A DNA stretch of 61,664 bases, counting the filler, from Asterionella formosa (Eukaryota): the NCBI GenBank assembly GCA_002256025.1. It is 12 parts of 12 records of this genome, joined end to end, with 100 filler letters (N's around TTAATTAATTAA, not from the genome) between each part and the next. Parts side by side here need not be neighbours in the genome. Positions count along the whole stretch, not along the records: positions 56,628 to 61,664 come from NKIB01013249.1; 11 more parts are not named here. The stretch is one strand, 5' to 3'. The translations under genes were made by a program, and so were the position numbers. Below the pieces are notes generated by a model. It had not been told where the DNA came from, ran no database searches, and was given only the letters and a program-made list of their open reading frames with translations. Below, one piece after another: positions 60,771 to 61,664 of the stretch (its first letter is position 1; every line of letters starts with the position of its first letter).

Positions 60771-61070
60771 TGCTGATTATCGTCCATCATGCCCAGTCTG
60801 AAGCGAAATCAGTTCAGTGATGAATATCGATATGTAGGCATTTTTAAGACAGCATCATCACATGCATGACCGGAGCAAAAACTTGCCACCAACATCGGAT
60901 GTATCGCTATCATCGTTTGTCTGAAAAAATATGGACGATGCGACTTCATAAAACCCTTGAGAAGACAAGCAATCCAACAACCAACCGCATCCATTAGACA
61001 ACGAATCGCTACTGGTGTCATCACTGAACTGATTTCGCTTCAACCCGGTCATGACGGATGACGATCGGCA
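60771..61070. mobile_element. 300-bp MITE-like element with 53-bp inverted repeats
   Basis: 60771-60823 matches the reverse complement of 61018-61070 at 44/53, with the inner 25 nt perfect. The interior 60851-60976 is duplicated at 60642-60770. Confidence 0.75.
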
Positions 61071-61664
61071 TTGTGAAAGGTGAATTGCCGGAGTCCACTT
61101 TTCAGGAGACGAACGAAAACGATGTGAATTCTAGATATTAATTATTAAAATCTGTAGAGTAGTATATAAAATGGTTTCCTTAAGTAGACCCCTTGCCAAT
61201 TTCGGCAATCCCAGGGCTGGAAAATGGAGGGGCAATTGCTACAAATTGTAATGCCAAAATGCGAACATAGGAAATATACAAAATTATTTTTTAATGATAG
61301 ACAATATCGTTCCCATAGCAAATTTCGATGTGAAGATAGGAAATATACGAATTATATTTTATATGATGGGCTATAGTCAGCTAAAATTGACTTTTACACT
61401 CGATGAGTAGGCAGTAGGTAAGCAAATGGCGCGACAACAGCTAATTTGTGAATTGCCTCAGCAACACCCTTCTCGGTCCACATTTGTACTCACAGGCATG
61501 CATAAGACCACCTCAAGCGAGAATTGCCTTCAGCAATCCCCCTAGCTATTGTGTTGCTTTTCGGTGTCTAAGTAATTTTCGGTATCTATAAGTGAATTTT
61601 TTGGTTAGGGGCAATATGGGCCACAGTGGATTTTTCGGAAGTTCAATTTTAGGTTTAAGCAGCA

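Overview
Eukaryotic, most likely diatom, nuclear DNA. The basis is an ASAFAP-type plastid presequence, diatom-style Copia/Gypsy ORFs and mostly intron-free genes. The window is not one locus: it is 12 unrelated ~5.04-5.06 kb contigs joined by an artificial 100-nt linker (N44-TTAATTAATTAA-N44), so adjacency across linkers means nothing. Intact-looking host genes: LON-N-domain protein, two-MRH-domain ER lectin (ERLEC1/OS-9 type), NlpI-like TPR protein, type II membrane protein, 2OG-Fe(II) oxygenase, WW+UIM protein and a STAND/AAA_16 ATPase with helical repeats. There are also truncated secreted, mucin-like and plastid-targeted proteins. Mobile DNA: a Gypsy integrase, two Copia elements with recognisable LTRs, a Crypton-like tyrosine recombinase relic, several relics of one IS630/Tc1-like DDE family, and MITEs. 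The most interesting signals are three. (1) A tandem pair of ARM(+LRR) genes whose repeats are nearly nucleotide-identical in the framework but vary at the predicted binding surface, as in diversifying immune receptors. (2) A ~100-bp TA-flanked MITE found on three contigs, whose TACC...GGTA ends may explain ~20 intergenic TACCGGTA palindromes as excision footprints. (3) A decayed Crinkler-type nuclease domain. All family assignments come from reading motifs by eye; no database search was run.
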